Positions 42,294-54,544 of a DNA stretch of 64,000 nt are shown here, one piece after another. Source of the stretch: Escherichia coli. GTDB lineage: Bacteria; Pseudomonadota; Gammaproteobacteria; Enterobacterales; Enterobacteriaceae. The DNA lies in assembly GCF_003334815.1 (NCBI RefSeq), contig NZ_QOWO01000007.1; one strand, written 5' to 3'. The notes beneath the pieces were generated by a model. The model was not told the DNA's origin and did not search any database. It saw only the letters and a program-made list of their open reading frames with translations. Each line of letters opens with the position of its first letter. Position 1 is the first letter of the stretch. Position numbers and translations under genes: made by a program.

Positions 42294-43739
42294 TTATTTT
42301 AAAGGTGACGGTGTCACGTTTTTCGGGATAGGGCAGTGATACGGTTGCGTGTCCGTTACTTGCTGATGCTCTTGTTGGCATTCTTGCAATAGCCCTGAAT
42401 CAAGGAAGAGATTGACTGTGGTTGCTGCCATAGTTTTCGCCGCCAGCAGCATTCCTTTATGAGCAATAGATGTTCGCCCCTGGCTAACCAGTTGCCACGT
42501 ATGTAGCGGTGTACCGACGGCAAAACAGGGGCTGAAACACTGGGCAACAGGCAGTTTCCAACTGACGTCGCCGACATCAGTCGATGCCGCAAGCACGTTA
42601 TCGGTGGCGGCATATGGAGCGACTTCATTCGCCAGTACCGTTTCACGATGACGTAGTGCAAAAACCTTGCCGTTTTCGCCACCGGTTGCGGCGATATTAT
42701 TCAGACTGTTTTGCCGATCGTTGGAGGTGAGCGTAGCCTGAATTTGTTTCGCAAAAGCCAGTTCTTCGGAGTTCCATTCCGGGGTACCAAAATGGGATAG
42801 GGCCTGGTACATGGCATTTTCTAAGGTGCGATTCGGGAGATAACTGGAACAGGCTTTGTCGAAGCGGCATTCAACCGTGGTTTCGGTCATCAATGCCGCA
42901 CCTTCGGCGATTTTGGCGACCCGATCATAAATATGCTGCACGTCGGTCATTTCGGGGGCGCGGATAAGATAAAGCACTTCTGCCTGCGCCTGGACCACGT
43001 TGGGCGAGATCCCGCCGCTATTTGTGATGGCATAGTGTACGCGCGCTTTTTCAATAATATGTTCGTTGAGGAAGTTGGTGCCAGTGGTCATCAACGTTAC
43101 GGCATCAAGGGCGCTGCGTCCCAAATGAGGGGAATTCGCGGCATGTGCTGCGATCCCTTTAAAGCGCCATGATGCCTGAATGTTTGCCAGCGTGCGGGTA
43201 TTGAACATACCGGCAAAGGCTTCCGGGTGCCAGGTGAGTGCCGCATCCACATCATCAAATACCCCCTCGCGAACCATGAACGTTTTACCCGAGCCGCCTT
43301 CTTCGCCAGGACAACCATAAAAGCGCACCGTGCCGCCTTGCCCATATTGTTCCAGCCATTTCTTGACGGCTATTGCAGCGGCAAAGGCGGCGGTTCCCAG
43401 CAAATTGTGTCCGCAACCGTGACCATTTTCACCGGGCGTCACGGATGTAGGTTGCGCGCAACCTGCTTGCTGACTTAAACCTGCCAGGGCGTCATATTCT
43501 CCCAGCAGGGCGATAACCGGTTTGCCTTGACCAAACGAAGCAATAAAGGCATTTGGGATATTGCCTACGTTGCGGGTAACGGTGAAGCCTGCAGATTCCA
43601 GCGCCGAAGCCAGATGCTCCGCTGACCAGAACTCTTCAAAACGTGTTTCTGGATGATCCCAGATTTGATCGGCAATATCGGTATAACGTTGGCGATCGGC
43701 TTCAATCGCATCGTCGATAAAACGATAGATTTCCTGCAT
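42294..43739 (-). CDS. abgB: p-Aminobenzoyl-glutamate hydrolase subunit B (M20 peptidase family), 481 aa
   Basis: ORF 42294..43739. Confidence 0.93.
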   Translation of the reverse strand: MQEIYRFIDDAIEADRQRYTDIADQIWDHPETRFEEFWSAEHLASALESAGFTVTRNVGNIPNAFIASFGQGKPVIALLGEYDALAGLSQQAGCAQPTSVTPGENGHGCGHNLLGTAAFAAAIAVKKWLEQYGQGGTVRFYGCPGEEGGSGKTFMVREGVFDDVDAALTWHPEAFAGMFNTRTLANIQASWRFKGIAAHAANSPHLGRSALDAVTLMTTGTNFLNEHIIEKARVHYAITNSGGISPNVVQAQAEVLYLIRAPEMTDVQHIYDRVAKIAEGAALMTETTVECRFDKACSSYLPNRTLENAMYQALSHFGTPEWNSEELAFAKQIQATLTSNDRQNSLNNIAATGGENGKVFALRHRETVLANEVAPYAATDNVLAASTDVGDVSWKLPVAQCFSPCFAVGTPLHTWQLVSQGRTSIAHKGMLLAAKTMAATTVNLFLDSGLLQECQQEHQQVTDTQPYHCPIPKNVTPSPLK

Positions 43740-45049
43740 CAGATACCTCGCGTCCAGGGAAAATTGAGCGCGGTGCGCGCCAGCGTTTCGACGGCAATAG
43801 CGAGAACCTGCTCGTCAAAATCGAATTTTTCGTTGTGATGACCTGCCGCCAGCTGTGTGCCAAACACCACGTAGGAGGCTTGCCCTTGATGTTGCTGCAC
43901 GCGGGCCATCATTAATGTGGCATCTTCGGAACCCGCAGGCGCTTCAACACGTTCAATGGCCTGATTGACCCCCGCGACCTGAGCCGCCTGACTTTGCAAC
44001 CATGCGACCCATTGCGGCGAAGGAGAACTGGCGGTAGCTGCACCCATCAGACGAGTTTCAACGCCGACACCATACATGGTTGCTGCGCCCTGAATCGCTT
44101 GTTGTGCACGGTCAAAAACATATTGATTAATGACGTCGCTGGCCCCGCGTGTTTCCACTTTCAGCAACGCCGAGGCAGGAACAACGTTACGACCGCTTCC
44201 TGCCTGCATAACGCCCACGTTTACTCTGGAAGCTCCTTCGCTGTGCGGGGCGATTGCATGCAGTGCAAGAGTGGCTTGTGCTGCCGCCAACAAGGCATTG
44301 TGACCGTCTTCTGGTTTTGCGCCTGCGTGAGCGGCGGTACCGGTGAAGTGCGCGTCAAATTTGGTGGTTGCCATAAAATTATCACTGCCGCACACCACGG
44401 TGCCCGCAGGTACGCCAGTGCCAATGTGCACGGCAGTAAAATAATCAACATCATCTACGACACCTGCATCGACCATCGCCCGCGCGCCACGCGTACCTTC
44501 CTCTGCAGGCTGAAAAATCAGTTTGATGACGCCATGTAGTCCGGACTCGAACTGTTTAAGGGTATGCGCCAGCCCAAGCCCAATGGCGGTATGTCCATCA
44601 TGACCACAGGCATGCATCATTCCGGCGTTACATGACGCAAAACCGTCGCGGTAGGGGCGATGGCTGACATCCTGCTCTTCACTGAGATCCAGCGCGTCCA
44701 TATCGACACGGAAAGCCATCACCGGACCGGGGCGACCGGTATCCAGGGTGGCGACGATACCAGTGAAACCACCTTCAAAAGCCGCAATCCATTGTGCTAG
44801 CGCACCCTGTTGACGAGCGCGCTCGAATTCGCGTTGTAGAGTGAATTCATCAGGTAATCCCATCCGGCTACTTTCATTAACTACTTCGCGACCCAGCGCC
44901 AGTGAATAGCCGAGCTGGTGCAATTCTTCCGCAACAAGGGTGGCAGTGCGGAATTCCACCCAGCCAGACTCTGCATAGTGATGAAAATCACGTCGCCAGT
45001 GCGATAATTTTGGGGCAAGCGAATTAACAAATTGATTCAAAGACTCCAT
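43739..45049 (-). CDS. abgA: p-Aminobenzoyl-glutamate hydrolase subunit A (M20 family), 436 aa
   Basis: ORF 43739..45064 trimmed to ATG 45049 (MESLNQFVNSLAPK...); stop overlaps the abgB start (ATGA). Confidence 0.92.
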   Translation of the reverse strand: MESLNQFVNSLAPKLSHWRRDFHHYAESGWVEFRTATLVAEELHQLGYSLALGREVVNESSRMGLPDEFTLQREFERARQQGALAQWIAAFEGGFTGIVATLDTGRPGPVMAFRVDMDALDLSEEQDVSHRPYRDGFASCNAGMMHACGHDGHTAIGLGLAHTLKQFESGLHGVIKLIFQPAEEGTRGARAMVDAGVVDDVDYFTAVHIGTGVPAGTVVCGSDNFMATTKFDAHFTGTAAHAGAKPEDGHNALLAAAQATLALHAIAPHSEGASRVNVGVMQAGSGRNVVPASALLKVETRGASDVINQYVFDRAQQAIQGAATMYGVGVETRLMGAATASSPSPQWVAWLQSQAAQVAGVNQAIERVEAPAGSEDATLMMARVQQHQGQASYVVFGTQLAAGHHNEKFDFDEQVLAIAVETLARTALNFPWTRGI

Positions 45050-45224
45050 AACCTTTCCCGTCATCAGTAAAAAGTGTGACCCGGTTCACGTAGCGATAGT
45101 TTTTACTTATCACTAACTGATTTTTCACAGTTTTAACCGTTCATAAATTACCCTGACACAATCATCTGCATTAAAGTAGATGCCAGTTTCTTTGGTCTGA
45201 TAAATAACGGTTATCGGTGGCGTC

Positions 45225-46133
45225 ATGGCTTTTCAGGTAAAAATTCATCAAATTCGGGCTTTTGTTGAAGTGGCTCGTCAGGGCAGCATTCGCGGAGCGA
45301 GCCGAATGTTGAATATGTCGCAACCGGCACTGAGTAAATCTATTCAGGAGCTAGAAGAAGGGTTAGCGGCGCAACTCTTTTTTCGCCGTAGTAAAGGCGT
45401 GACGTTAACTGATGCCGGTGAAAGTTTTTATCAGCACGCCAGTCTAATTCTTGAAGAGCTGCGCGCAGCCCAAGAGGATATTCGCCAACGACAAGGGCAA
45501 CTGGCAGGGCAGATTAATATCGGCATGGGGGCCAGTATTTCCCGCAGTCTGATGCCAGCTGTCATATCTCGTTTTCATCAGCAGCATCCGCAGGTAAAAG
45601 TACGCATTATGGAAGGGCAACTGGTGTCGATGATTAATGAATTGCGTCAGGGAGAATTGGATTTCACCATCAATACCTATTATCAGGGACCGTACGACCA
45701 CGAATTTACTTTTGAGAAATTACTGGAAAAGCAATTCGCGATCTTTTGCCGCCCGGGACACCCCGCCATTGGTGCCCGTTCGATCAAACAGTTACTGGAT
45801 TACAGCTGGACAATGCCGACGCCACACGGCAGCTACTACAAACAGTTGAGTGAATTGCTTGACGATCAGGCGCAAACGCCACAGGTCGGTGTAGTCTGCG
45901 AGACGTTCTCAGCCTGTATCAGTCTGGTGGCAAAAAGCGATTTTCTCAGCATACTGCCTGAAGAAATGGGCTGCGATCCCTTGCACGGACAGGGGCTGGT
46001 GATGTTGCCGGTTAGCGAAATTTTACCGAAAGCGGCCTATTATTTGATTCAGCGGCGTGATAGTCGCCAGACACCACTGACCGCGTCATTAATCACGCAA
46101 TTCCGGCGAGAATGCGGCTATCTGCAAAGTTAA
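45225..46133 (+). CDS. abgR: LysR-family regulator of the abg operon, 302 aa
   Basis: ORF 45225..46133; divergent from abgA. Confidence 0.93.
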   Translation: MAFQVKIHQIRAFVEVARQGSIRGASRMLNMSQPALSKSIQELEEGLAAQLFFRRSKGVTLTDAGESFYQHASLILEELRAAQEDIRQRQGQLAGQINIGMGASISRSLMPAVISRFHQQHPQVKVRIMEGQLVSMINELRQGELDFTINTYYQGPYDHEFTFEKLLEKQFAIFCRPGHPAIGARSIKQLLDYSWTMPTPHGSYYKQLSELLDDQAQTPQVGVVCETFSACISLVAKSDFLSILPEEMGCDPLHGQGLVMLPVSEILPKAAYYLIQRRDSRQTPLTASLITQFRRECGYLQS

Positions 46134-46142
46134 AACTGCATA

Positions 46143-46235
46143 AAAAAATAGAGTCTGTCGACATCCGCCAGACTCTACAGTACACACAGCAGTGCATCCG
46201 CGTCTTAAATCCGGCATTGTCTCCTCTGCGCCGGT
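46143..46235 (-). ncRNA. mcaS: Small RNA McaS (IsrA)
   Basis: Minus strand reads ACCGGCGCAGAGGAGACAAUGCCGGAUUUAAGACGCGGAUGCACUGCUGUGUGUACUGUAGAGUCUGGCGGAUGUCGACAGACUCUAUUUUUUU: multiple GGA motifs and an intrinsic terminator; abgR-smrA spacer. Confidence 0.8.
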
Positions 46236-46462
46236 GACTGTGTTATAACGGTTTTAACCTTTAGTTGCCAATTTTCTTCAGTGACAGATTTCACGAAAAT
46301 ATAAGTTACATTATTAATATCGTGAATGAATAATCATGCATAAGTATTTTGCTTAAAATATCGGCAATATTTGGAACTTATTACTGGAAATTTGGGTAAT
46401 ACGTTGTTGGACCGACCCGGTCTGGTTATCATATCGCGCTCTTAATTGCGGGAGGATGTAAC

Positions 46463-47026
46463 ATGAACCTTGACGACAAATCGCTGTTTCTTGACGCCAT
46501 GGAAGATGTCCAGCCGCTGAAACGTGCTACCGATGTCCACTGGCATCCAACGCGTAACCAACGTGCGCCGCAGCGTATCGACACGCTGCAGCTTGATAAT
46601 TTCCTCACCACCGGATTTCTCGACATCATCCCACTAAGTCAGCCGCTGGAGTTTCGGCGGGAAGGGTTGCAACATGGGGTGCTGGATAAGCTGCGCAGTG
46701 GTAAATATCCGCAACAGGCGAGCCTGAATCTTTTGCGCCAGCCGGTGGAAGAGTGCCGCAAAATGGTGTTCAGTTTTATTCAACAAGCCCTGGCGGATGG
46801 TTTGCGTAACGTGCTGATTATTCATGGTAAAGGGCGGGATGATAAATCGCATGCCAATATTGTCCGCAGCTATGTGGCGCGCTGGCTGACCGAATTTGAT
46901 GATGTTCAGGCATATTGCACCGCGCTACCGCATCATGGCGGCAGCGGGGCGTGTTACGTCGCACTACGTAAAACGGCGCAGGCGAAGCAAGAAAACTGGG
47001 AGCGCCACGCTAAGCGCAGTCGTTGA
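46463..47026 (+). CDS. smrA: Smr-domain DNA endonuclease SmrA (YdaL), 187 aa
   Basis: ORF 46463..47026; GGAGG Shine-Dalgarno. Confidence 0.92.
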   Translation: MNLDDKSLFLDAMEDVQPLKRATDVHWHPTRNQRAPQRIDTLQLDNFLTTGFLDIIPLSQPLEFRREGLQHGVLDKLRSGKYPQQASLNLLRQPVEECRKMVFSFIQQALADGLRNVLIIHGKGRDDKSHANIVRSYVARWLTEFDDVQAYCTALPHHGGSGACYVALRKTAQAKQENWERHAKRSR

Positions 47027-47046
47027 TCTCGAGACGCATCCGCGGC

Positions 47047-48279
47047 TTATGCCGCCAGCACGCGGTTGCGTCCATCATTTTTCGCCCGATACAAAGCATC
47101 ATCAACGCGTTTAAACAGTTCATCGATGCTTTCATTTCCTTCGTGATGCGCCACACCAATGCTGACGGTAAAGCGTGGTAAGCCCGAAATACTCACTTTT
47201 GCCACGCTTACGCGGATAGTTTCAGCCAGCGAAAGCGCGGTATCCAGTGGGGTTCTTGGTAGCAATAAGACAAACTCTTCGCCTCCCCAACGAAACACCA
47301 AATCGCCTTTGCGAGCGCAACTTTCGAGGGTGCGGGCGAGGGCGCATAACACCTCATCACCTTTAGAATGCCCATAGAGATCGTTAATGTGTTTAAAACG
47401 ATCGGTGTCGATGAGCAACAAGCTGTAATCCTGAGCGATGGCGAGATGCTGCATTTGGCCTGGTTCCGTAATGTGATAAAACTGTCGCCGATTCAGTAAT
47501 CCGGTCATCGCGTCATGGTGAGCAGCATGTTCCAGCTGCTCCTCCAGCCGTTTTTGCTCAGTAATATCATGCACAATACATAACATGAGCTTGTCGCCAT
47601 AAATTTCAATCGGTCCGGCATAGGTCTGCACATGACGAGTCGAACCATCCGCCAGTTTATGAACAAAATTCAAAGGTTTATGACCACCGGGTAAATGCGA
47701 GATTTCATGCATGATAGGCATGACGCGACGCCCGAGCATATTTATTTCCCAGGTATGTTTCTGGCACATCGTTTCATGGTTATAACCATAGAAATTGAGC
47801 GCGGCGAGGTTAGCATCGACGATTTGTCCATCTCGTGACGGGTCAATCAACAACATTGGTGCAGAGTTAGTCAGAAAAAAGCGCGCATAAAAACCTTGTT
47901 TTTTGCGCTGATAATTTGCCGAGCGACTGGCTTTTAAACCCAGCGTTGCCGGCGCTTCGATACCTTCGAAAATAATCACCGGTTCTGTTTCTGTCAGCTT
48001 TCGCAAAACAAGCCGACAGCTCAATGCTGTTTCCTCTTCTTTACGCTGAACAGTGAGGATTTCGATAATATCGTGTTGGTTTTGCAGATCGGAGAGGTAT
48101 TTCGGCAGTTCTTTTTGTGAGGAGACGGAATAGGGTCCGGTTCGTAGCTGACTAAACGTGAGGTCTTGCATCAACAGTTTCGCCGCGCTATTGGCATAAA
48201 TTAACTGTTCCTCAAAGGGCGAAACGATCCAGACAGGACTGGTGAGTAAGTCCAGGGTATTGAAGTTGTGCGTAATCAT
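47047..48279 (-). CDS. dgcM: Diguanylate cyclase DgcM (YdaM; PAS-PAS-GGDEF), 410 aa
   Basis: ORF 47047..48339 trimmed to ATG 48279 (MITHNFNTLDLL...); GGEEF active-site motif (RWGGEEFVLL). Confidence 0.92.
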   Translation of the reverse strand: MITHNFNTLDLLTSPVWIVSPFEEQLIYANSAAKLLMQDLTFSQLRTGPYSVSSQKELPKYLSDLQNQHDIIEILTVQRKEEETALSCRLVLRKLTETEPVIIFEGIEAPATLGLKASRSANYQRKKQGFYARFFLTNSAPMLLIDPSRDGQIVDANLAALNFYGYNHETMCQKHTWEINMLGRRVMPIMHEISHLPGGHKPLNFVHKLADGSTRHVQTYAGPIEIYGDKLMLCIVHDITEQKRLEEQLEHAAHHDAMTGLLNRRQFYHITEPGQMQHLAIAQDYSLLLIDTDRFKHINDLYGHSKGDEVLCALARTLESCARKGDLVFRWGGEEFVLLLPRTPLDTALSLAETIRVSVAKVSISGLPRFTVSIGVAHHEGNESIDELFKRVDDALYRAKNDGRNRVLAA

Positions 48280-48512
48280 TGAGATCCCGTTATTTTTATC
48301 AATTTTTGTTGCTATCCGATCGCAAAAAAGCCACGTCATATGATCAGATAATTCTGATAATGATAGACGCTATTTAACACTTCACACGGTTTGTATACGG
48401 AAAAGCATTTTGCTTTTTGTATTCAATTTAGACAGAATTTTATTAATCATTTCAGGGTAATGGGGTGATGAGATGTTGCGTAACAGGGCCAGAAGGCTAG
48501 ACTACAAAATAA

Positions 48513-49517
<1,005 letters not shown>

Positions 49518-49563
49518 CAAAAGCAATTTTTCCGGCTGTCTGTATACAAAAACGCCGCAAAGT

Positions 49564-49577
49564 TTGAGCGAAGTCAA
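49564..49577 (+). promoter_or_regulatory. FNR-binding site of the fnrS promoter (class II, centred about -42)
   Basis: TTGAG-cgaa-GTCAA centred about 42 bp upstream of the FnrS 5' end. Confidence 0.65.
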
Positions 49578-49612
49578 TAAACTCTCTACCCATTCAGGGC
49601 AATATCTCTCTT

Positions 49613-49734
49613 GCAGGTGAATGCAACGTCAAGCGATGGGCGTTGCGCTCCATATTGTCTTACTTCCTTTTTTGAATTACTGCATAGCACAATTGATTCG
49701 TACGACGCCGACTTTGATGAGTCGGCTTTTTTTT
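49613..49734 (+). ncRNA. fnrS: FNR-activated small RNA FnrS (about 122 nt)
   Basis: GCAGGUGAAUGCAACGUCAAGCGAUGGGCG... ending in the GCCGACU-uugaug-AGUCGGC hairpin plus a U8 run. Confidence 0.85.
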
Positions 49735-49791
49735 GCCTGTTATTTATCAGCGTCTACCCTTTAAGAGTCCACCCAATGACCAGAGGGAAAT

Positions 49792-49965
49792 ATGACGACA
49801 CTTATTTATTTGCAAATTCCTGTCCCTGAACCGATTCCTGGCGATCCTGTTCCAGTGCCCGATCCGATCCCTCGCCCGCAACCCATGCCTGACCCACCAC
49901 CCGATGAAGAACCGATTAAATTGTCGCATCGTGAGCGTAGATCTGCGAGGATACGCGCCTGCTAA
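49792..49965 (+). CDS. Candidate small proline-rich protein (57 aa), not in the ORF track
   Basis: ATG 5 nt after a GAGG Shine-Dalgarno; MTTLIYLQIPVPEPIPGDPVPVPDPIPRPQPMPDPPPDEEPIKLSHRERRSARIRAC; stops 29 nt before the dbpA GTG. Confidence 0.4.
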   Translation: MTTLIYLQIPVPEPIPGDPVPVPDPIPRPQPMPDPPPDEEPIKLSHRERRSARIRAC

Positions 49966-49994
49966 CTTTGCGTCGATGACCACGAGAATAGATT

Positions 49995-51368
49995 GTGACC
50001 GCTTTTTCTACCCTGAATGTTTTGCCTCCCGCCCAACTCACGAACCTTAATGAGTTGGGTTATTTAACCATGACGCCGGTGCAGGCCGCCGCGCTTCCGG
50101 CGATCCTTGCCGGAAAAGATGTTCGCGTGCAGGCGAAAACCGGCAGCGGCAAAACGGCGGCTTTTGGCCTCGGCTTGTTACAGCAAATTGATGCGTCGCT
50201 ATTTCAAACCCAGGCTTTAGTGCTGTGTCCTACGCGTGAACTGGCGGATCAGGTGGCAGGTGAATTGCGTCGGCTGGCGCGTTTTCTGCCAAATACCAAA
50301 ATTTTGACGTTGTGCGGTGGTCAACCGTTCGGTATGCAGCGTGATTCGTTGCAACATGCGCCGCATATTATCGTGGCAACGCCGGGGCGTTTGCTGGATC
50401 ACCTGCAAAAAGGCACGGTATCACTGGATGCGTTGAATACGCTGGTGATGGATGAGGCCGACCGCATGCTGGATATGGGATTTAGCGATGCCATTGATGA
50501 TGTCATCCGTTTTGCGCCTGCATCTCGACAGACGCTTCTGTTTTCGGCAACCTGGCCGGAAGCCATCGCTGCAATCAGCGGACGAGTGCAACGCGATCCT
50601 TTGGCGATTGAAATTGACTCAACAGATGCTTTGCCACCCATTGAACAACAATTTTATGAGACATCCAGCAAAGGCAAAATTCCTCTGTTGCAACGGTTAT
50701 TAAGCTTGCATCAGCCATCCTCTTGCGTGGTGTTTTGCAATACCAAAAAAGATTGCCAGGCTGTCTGCGACGCGCTGAATGAAGTAGGGCAAAGTGCATT
50801 GTCATTACACGGCGATTTGGAGCAACGCGATCGCGATCAGACCCTGGTACGTTTTGCTAACGGTAGCGCCCGTGTACTGGTCGCGACTGATGTTGCTGCG
50901 CGTGGTCTGGATATTAAATCGCTTGAGCTGGTGGTGAACTTTGAGCTGGCGTGGGACCCTGAAGTTCATGTACATCGCATCGGTCGTACAGCTCGTGCAG
51001 GAAATAGCGGTCTGGCGATCAGTTTCTGTGCTCCGGAAGAAGCACAGCGGGCCAATATCATTTCTGACATGTTGCAGATAAAACTTAACTGGCAAACGCC
51101 GCCAGCTAATAGTTCCATTGCGACGCTGGAAGCAGAAATGGCAACGTTGTGTATCGATGGCGGGAAAAAAGCCAAAATGCGCCCGGGTGATGTATTAGGT
51201 GCACTGACAGGAGATATCGGGCTTGATGGCGCAGATATTGGCAAAATCGCCGTGCATCCGGCGCATGTCTATGTCGCGGTCCGTCAGGCTGTTGCTCATA
51301 AAGCATGGAAACAGTTACAGGGCGGGAAGATTAAAGGAAAAACGTGCCGGGTGCGGTTATTAAAATAA
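49995..51368 (+). CDS. dbpA: ATP-dependent DEAD-box RNA helicase DbpA, 457 aa (GTG start)
   Basis: ORF 49995..51368; motifs AKTGSGKT, DEAD, SAT, HRIGRTAR. Confidence 0.95.
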   Translation: MTAFSTLNVLPPAQLTNLNELGYLTMTPVQAAALPAILAGKDVRVQAKTGSGKTAAFGLGLLQQIDASLFQTQALVLCPTRELADQVAGELRRLARFLPNTKILTLCGGQPFGMQRDSLQHAPHIIVATPGRLLDHLQKGTVSLDALNTLVMDEADRMLDMGFSDAIDDVIRFAPASRQTLLFSATWPEAIAAISGRVQRDPLAIEIDSTDALPPIEQQFYETSSKGKIPLLQRLLSLHQPSSCVVFCNTKKDCQAVCDALNEVGQSALSLHGDLEQRDRDQTLVRFANGSARVLVATDVAARGLDIKSLELVVNFELAWDPEVHVHRIGRTARAGNSGLAISFCAPEEAQRANIISDMLQIKLNWQTPPANSSIATLEAEMATLCIDGGKKAKMRPGDVLGALTGDIGLDGADIGKIAVHPAHVYVAVRQAVAHKAWKQLQGGKIKGKTCRVRLLK

Positions 51369-51415
51369 TGAAATGTTGAATTGCCGGGTGCAAGAGTAAA
51401 CATCTTATTCGGGAT

Positions 51416-51452
51416 TGCCGGATGCGACGCTGGCCGCGTCTTATCCGGCCTC
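51416..51452. repeat. REP element
   Basis: TGCCGGATGCGACGCTGGCCGCGTCTTATCCGGCCTCC between the convergent dbpA and ttcA; a second hairpin follows at 51464-51487. Confidence 0.65.
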
Positions 51453-51496
51453 CATAAGAGTAGCCCGATACGCTTGCGCATCGGGCGCTATCCTGG

Positions 51497-52432
51497 TTAT
51501 TTCACTTCAACCACATTCAGCCGTAACTCATCCAACTGATTTTCATCTTCTTCTGGCTGCCAGCACGCCGGTTGTAGTGGGATCTCTTCGCGATCAAACG
51601 CCAGATCACCCCCGTTAACCACTTCAGAACCGTGGGTGATGCCTTTGAAATCGAACAGGTTGGTATCGCACAGATGCGACGGCACCACATTCTGCATCGC
51701 GCTGAACATCGTCTCGATACGCCCTGGATAACGTTTATCCCAGTCACGCAACATGTCAGCAATCACCTGACGTTGCAGGTTAGGCTGTGAACCGCACAGG
51801 TTGCACGGAATAATCGGGAACGCTTTTGCATCGGCAAATCGCTGAATATCTTTCTCGCGGCAGTAGGCCAGCGGACGAATAACGATATGTTTGCCATCAT
51901 CGCTCATCAGTTTCGGAGGCATACCTTTCATCTTACCGCCGTAGAACATATTTAAGAACAACGTTTGCAGGATATCGTCACGATGGTGACCCAACGCGAT
52001 CTTCGTCGCCCCCAGTTCCGTTGCGGTACGATAAAGGATACCGCGACGAAGGCGAGAACACAGTGAGCAAGTGGTTTTGCCCTCTGGAATCTTCTCTTTC
52101 ACGATACCGTAAGTATTCTCTTCAACAATCTTGTACTCAACGCCCAGCTTTTCAAGATACTCGGGCAGAACGTGTTCCGGGAAGCCCGGTTGCTTTTGAT
52201 CGAGGTTAACAGCCACCAGCGAAAAATTGATTGGCGCGCTTTGCTGCAAATTGCGCAGAATCTCCAGCATGGTATAGCTGTCTTTACCCCCGGAGAGGCA
52301 AACCATGATGCGATCGCCTTCTTCAATCATATTGAAGTCAGCAATGGCTTCGCCCACGTTACGACGCAGACGTTTTTGTAATTTGTTCAGGTTGTATTGT
52401 TCTTTCTTACTAATTTCTTGATTTTGCGACAT
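51497..52432 (-). CDS. ttcA: tRNA 2-thiocytidine(32) synthetase TtcA, 311 aa, uninterrupted
   Basis: ORF 51497..52432; PP-loop CLSGGKDS and Cys-x-x-Cys motifs; N-terminus [17 protein letters not shown]. Confidence 0.93.
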   Translation of the reverse strand: MSQNQEISKKEQYNLNKLQKRLRRNVGEAIADFNMIEEGDRIMVCLSGGKDSYTMLEILRNLQQSAPINFSLVAVNLDQKQPGFPEHVLPEYLEKLGVEYKIVEENTYGIVKEKIPEGKTTCSLCSRLRRGILYRTATELGATKIALGHHRDDILQTLFLNMFYGGKMKGMPPKLMSDDGKHIVIRPLAYCREKDIQRFADAKAFPIIPCNLCGSQPNLQRQVIADMLRDWDKRYPGRIETMFSAMQNVVPSHLCDTNLFDFKGITHGSEVVNGGDLAFDREEIPLQPACWQPEEDENQLDELRLNVVEVK

Positions 52433-52576
52433 TTAAAAGCGACTCAATTCGTTATATGGCATCAGAAGAGTATGCGTCATGCCGGAACGCCCAGCATAAG
52501 AAATCTGATATAAAAAACTGTGGCGTGTATGGTACGGATTAGAGGGGAAAATGTCAGCACATTTGCGAAATGAATC

Positions 52577-52601
52577 AAAAAGCCCGCAGCAATGTGCGGG
52601 C
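52577..52601 (-). terminator. Rho-independent terminator of uspF
   Basis: Minus strand: GCCCGCA-cauugc-UGCGGGC followed by UUUUU. Confidence 0.65.
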
Positions 52602-52608
52602 GTTAGTG

Positions 52609-53124
<516 letters not shown>

Positions 53125-53151
53125 TTAGATCAAAGGAGGAAGAATAAGCAG

Positions 53152-53175
53152 AAAAAGCCCGCCATAACAGCGGGC
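53152..53175 (-). terminator. Rho-independent terminator of ompN
   Basis: Minus strand: GCCCGC-uguuaugg-GCGGGC followed by UUUUUC. Confidence 0.65.
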
Positions 53176-53183
53176 AGGAGGAT

Positions 53184-54317
53184 TTAGAACTGATAAACCA
53201 GACCTAAAGCGACAATATCATCGGTAGAGATGCCATTGGCAGCGTAGAAGCTGTCATCTTCATCCAACAGGTTGATTTTATAGTCAACGTAGGTGGACAT
53301 GTTTTTATTGAAATAGTAAGTCGCGCCAATATCGGCGTATTTAACCAGATCTTTATCATCAACACCTGCCGGGTTGTCTGCACCACCCGCAGCGTGCAGG
53401 TCACGGCCTTTAGACATCAGGAAAGAGACTGCCGGACGCAGACCAAAATCAAACTGGTACTGTGCAGTGACTTCAAAATTCTGGGTTTTGTTTGCCACAG
53501 CATAATCGCTGTCGCCAAACGGGGTCATATTACGCGTTTCTGAATACATGGTTGCCAGGTAAATATTGTTAGCATCGTATTTTAGCCCAGCAGTCCACGC
53601 GTCTGCTTTATCACCACCCGCCGCAGTATGGTTAACCTGGTCATTGGTGCGGTCAGAAGAGGTGTATGCCGCACCAGCGCTAAAGCCCATGCCTAAATCA
53701 TATGTTGTGGAAAGACCCCAGCCGTCACCGTTTTCATGGCGAACATCACGTCCGTTGTTGGTGCCTTCCTGACCATTACTGGCTCCTTCGTTGTTACCTT
53801 GATACTGCACCGCGAAGTTCAGACCATTTACCAGACCGAAGAAATCAGTATTACGATAAGTCGCGACGCCATTGGCTCGACCAGTCATAAAGTTGTCTGC
53901 ATTGGTATAAGAGTCACCGCCAAATTCAGGCAGCATATCGGTCCAGCCTTCGATGTCGTACATTACGCCATAATTACGTCCGTAATCGAAAGAACCGTAA
54001 TCTGCAAATTTCAGCCCGGCAAATGCCAGACGGGTCCATGACTGGTTTTTTGAAGATTCAGTGTTGTTTGCCTGAATATTGTATTCCCATTGACCGTAGC
54101 CAGTGAGTTGATCGTTAATTTGGGTTTCGCCTTTAAAACCCAGACGCGCATAGCTCTGGTCGCCATCTTTCGCTGAATTATCAGAAAAATAATGCAGGCC
54201 ATCAACTTTGCCATACAGATCTAATTTGTTGCCGTCTTTATTATAAACTTCGGCTGCATGTGCAGCACCTGCGGCGAGCAGGGCAGGAATTAAAAGTGCC
54301 AGTACTTTGCTTTTCAT
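53184..54317 (-). CDS. ompN: Outer membrane porin OmpN (OmpC/OmpF family), 377 aa
   Basis: ORF 53184..54317; signal peptide; ends in ...GLVYQF. Confidence 0.93.
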   Translation of the reverse strand: MKSKVLALLIPALLAAGAAHAAEVYNKDGNKLDLYGKVDGLHYFSDNSAKDGDQSYARLGFKGETQINDQLTGYGQWEYNIQANNTESSKNQSWTRLAFAGLKFADYGSFDYGRNYGVMYDIEGWTDMLPEFGGDSYTNADNFMTGRANGVATYRNTDFFGLVNGLNFAVQYQGNNEGASNGQEGTNNGRDVRHENGDGWGLSTTYDLGMGFSAGAAYTSSDRTNDQVNHTAAGGDKADAWTAGLKYDANNIYLATMYSETRNMTPFGDSDYAVANKTQNFEVTAQYQFDFGLRPAVSFLMSKGRDLHAAGGADNPAGVDDKDLVKYADIGATYYFNKNMSTYVDYKINLLDEDDSFYAANGISTDDIVALGLVYQF

Positions 54318-54544
54318 TGAATAAATCCTTTAGTTATTTTATTTGCCTTTTATCCCCATTTCGGGGAGTGAAAACATCCTAAAGGAGAAGTTCAGTTAGC
54401 CGATAAATATCATTTGTTACGCCTTAAGTAAAACCTTAATCAAATAATTCCTCTGAAATGATAATAAGTCTGGTGAATGTATCGAAGATAATACATACAA
54501 AATAAAAATTATACTTTTAATTTGCTATACGTTATTCTGCGCGG

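Noticed and set aside
49611-49829. 72-aa ORF on the plus strand in the ORF track
   Set aside because: It overlaps the FnrS sRNA and its intrinsic terminator, has no Shine-Dalgarno, and its sequence is low-complexity; explained by the ncRNA call.
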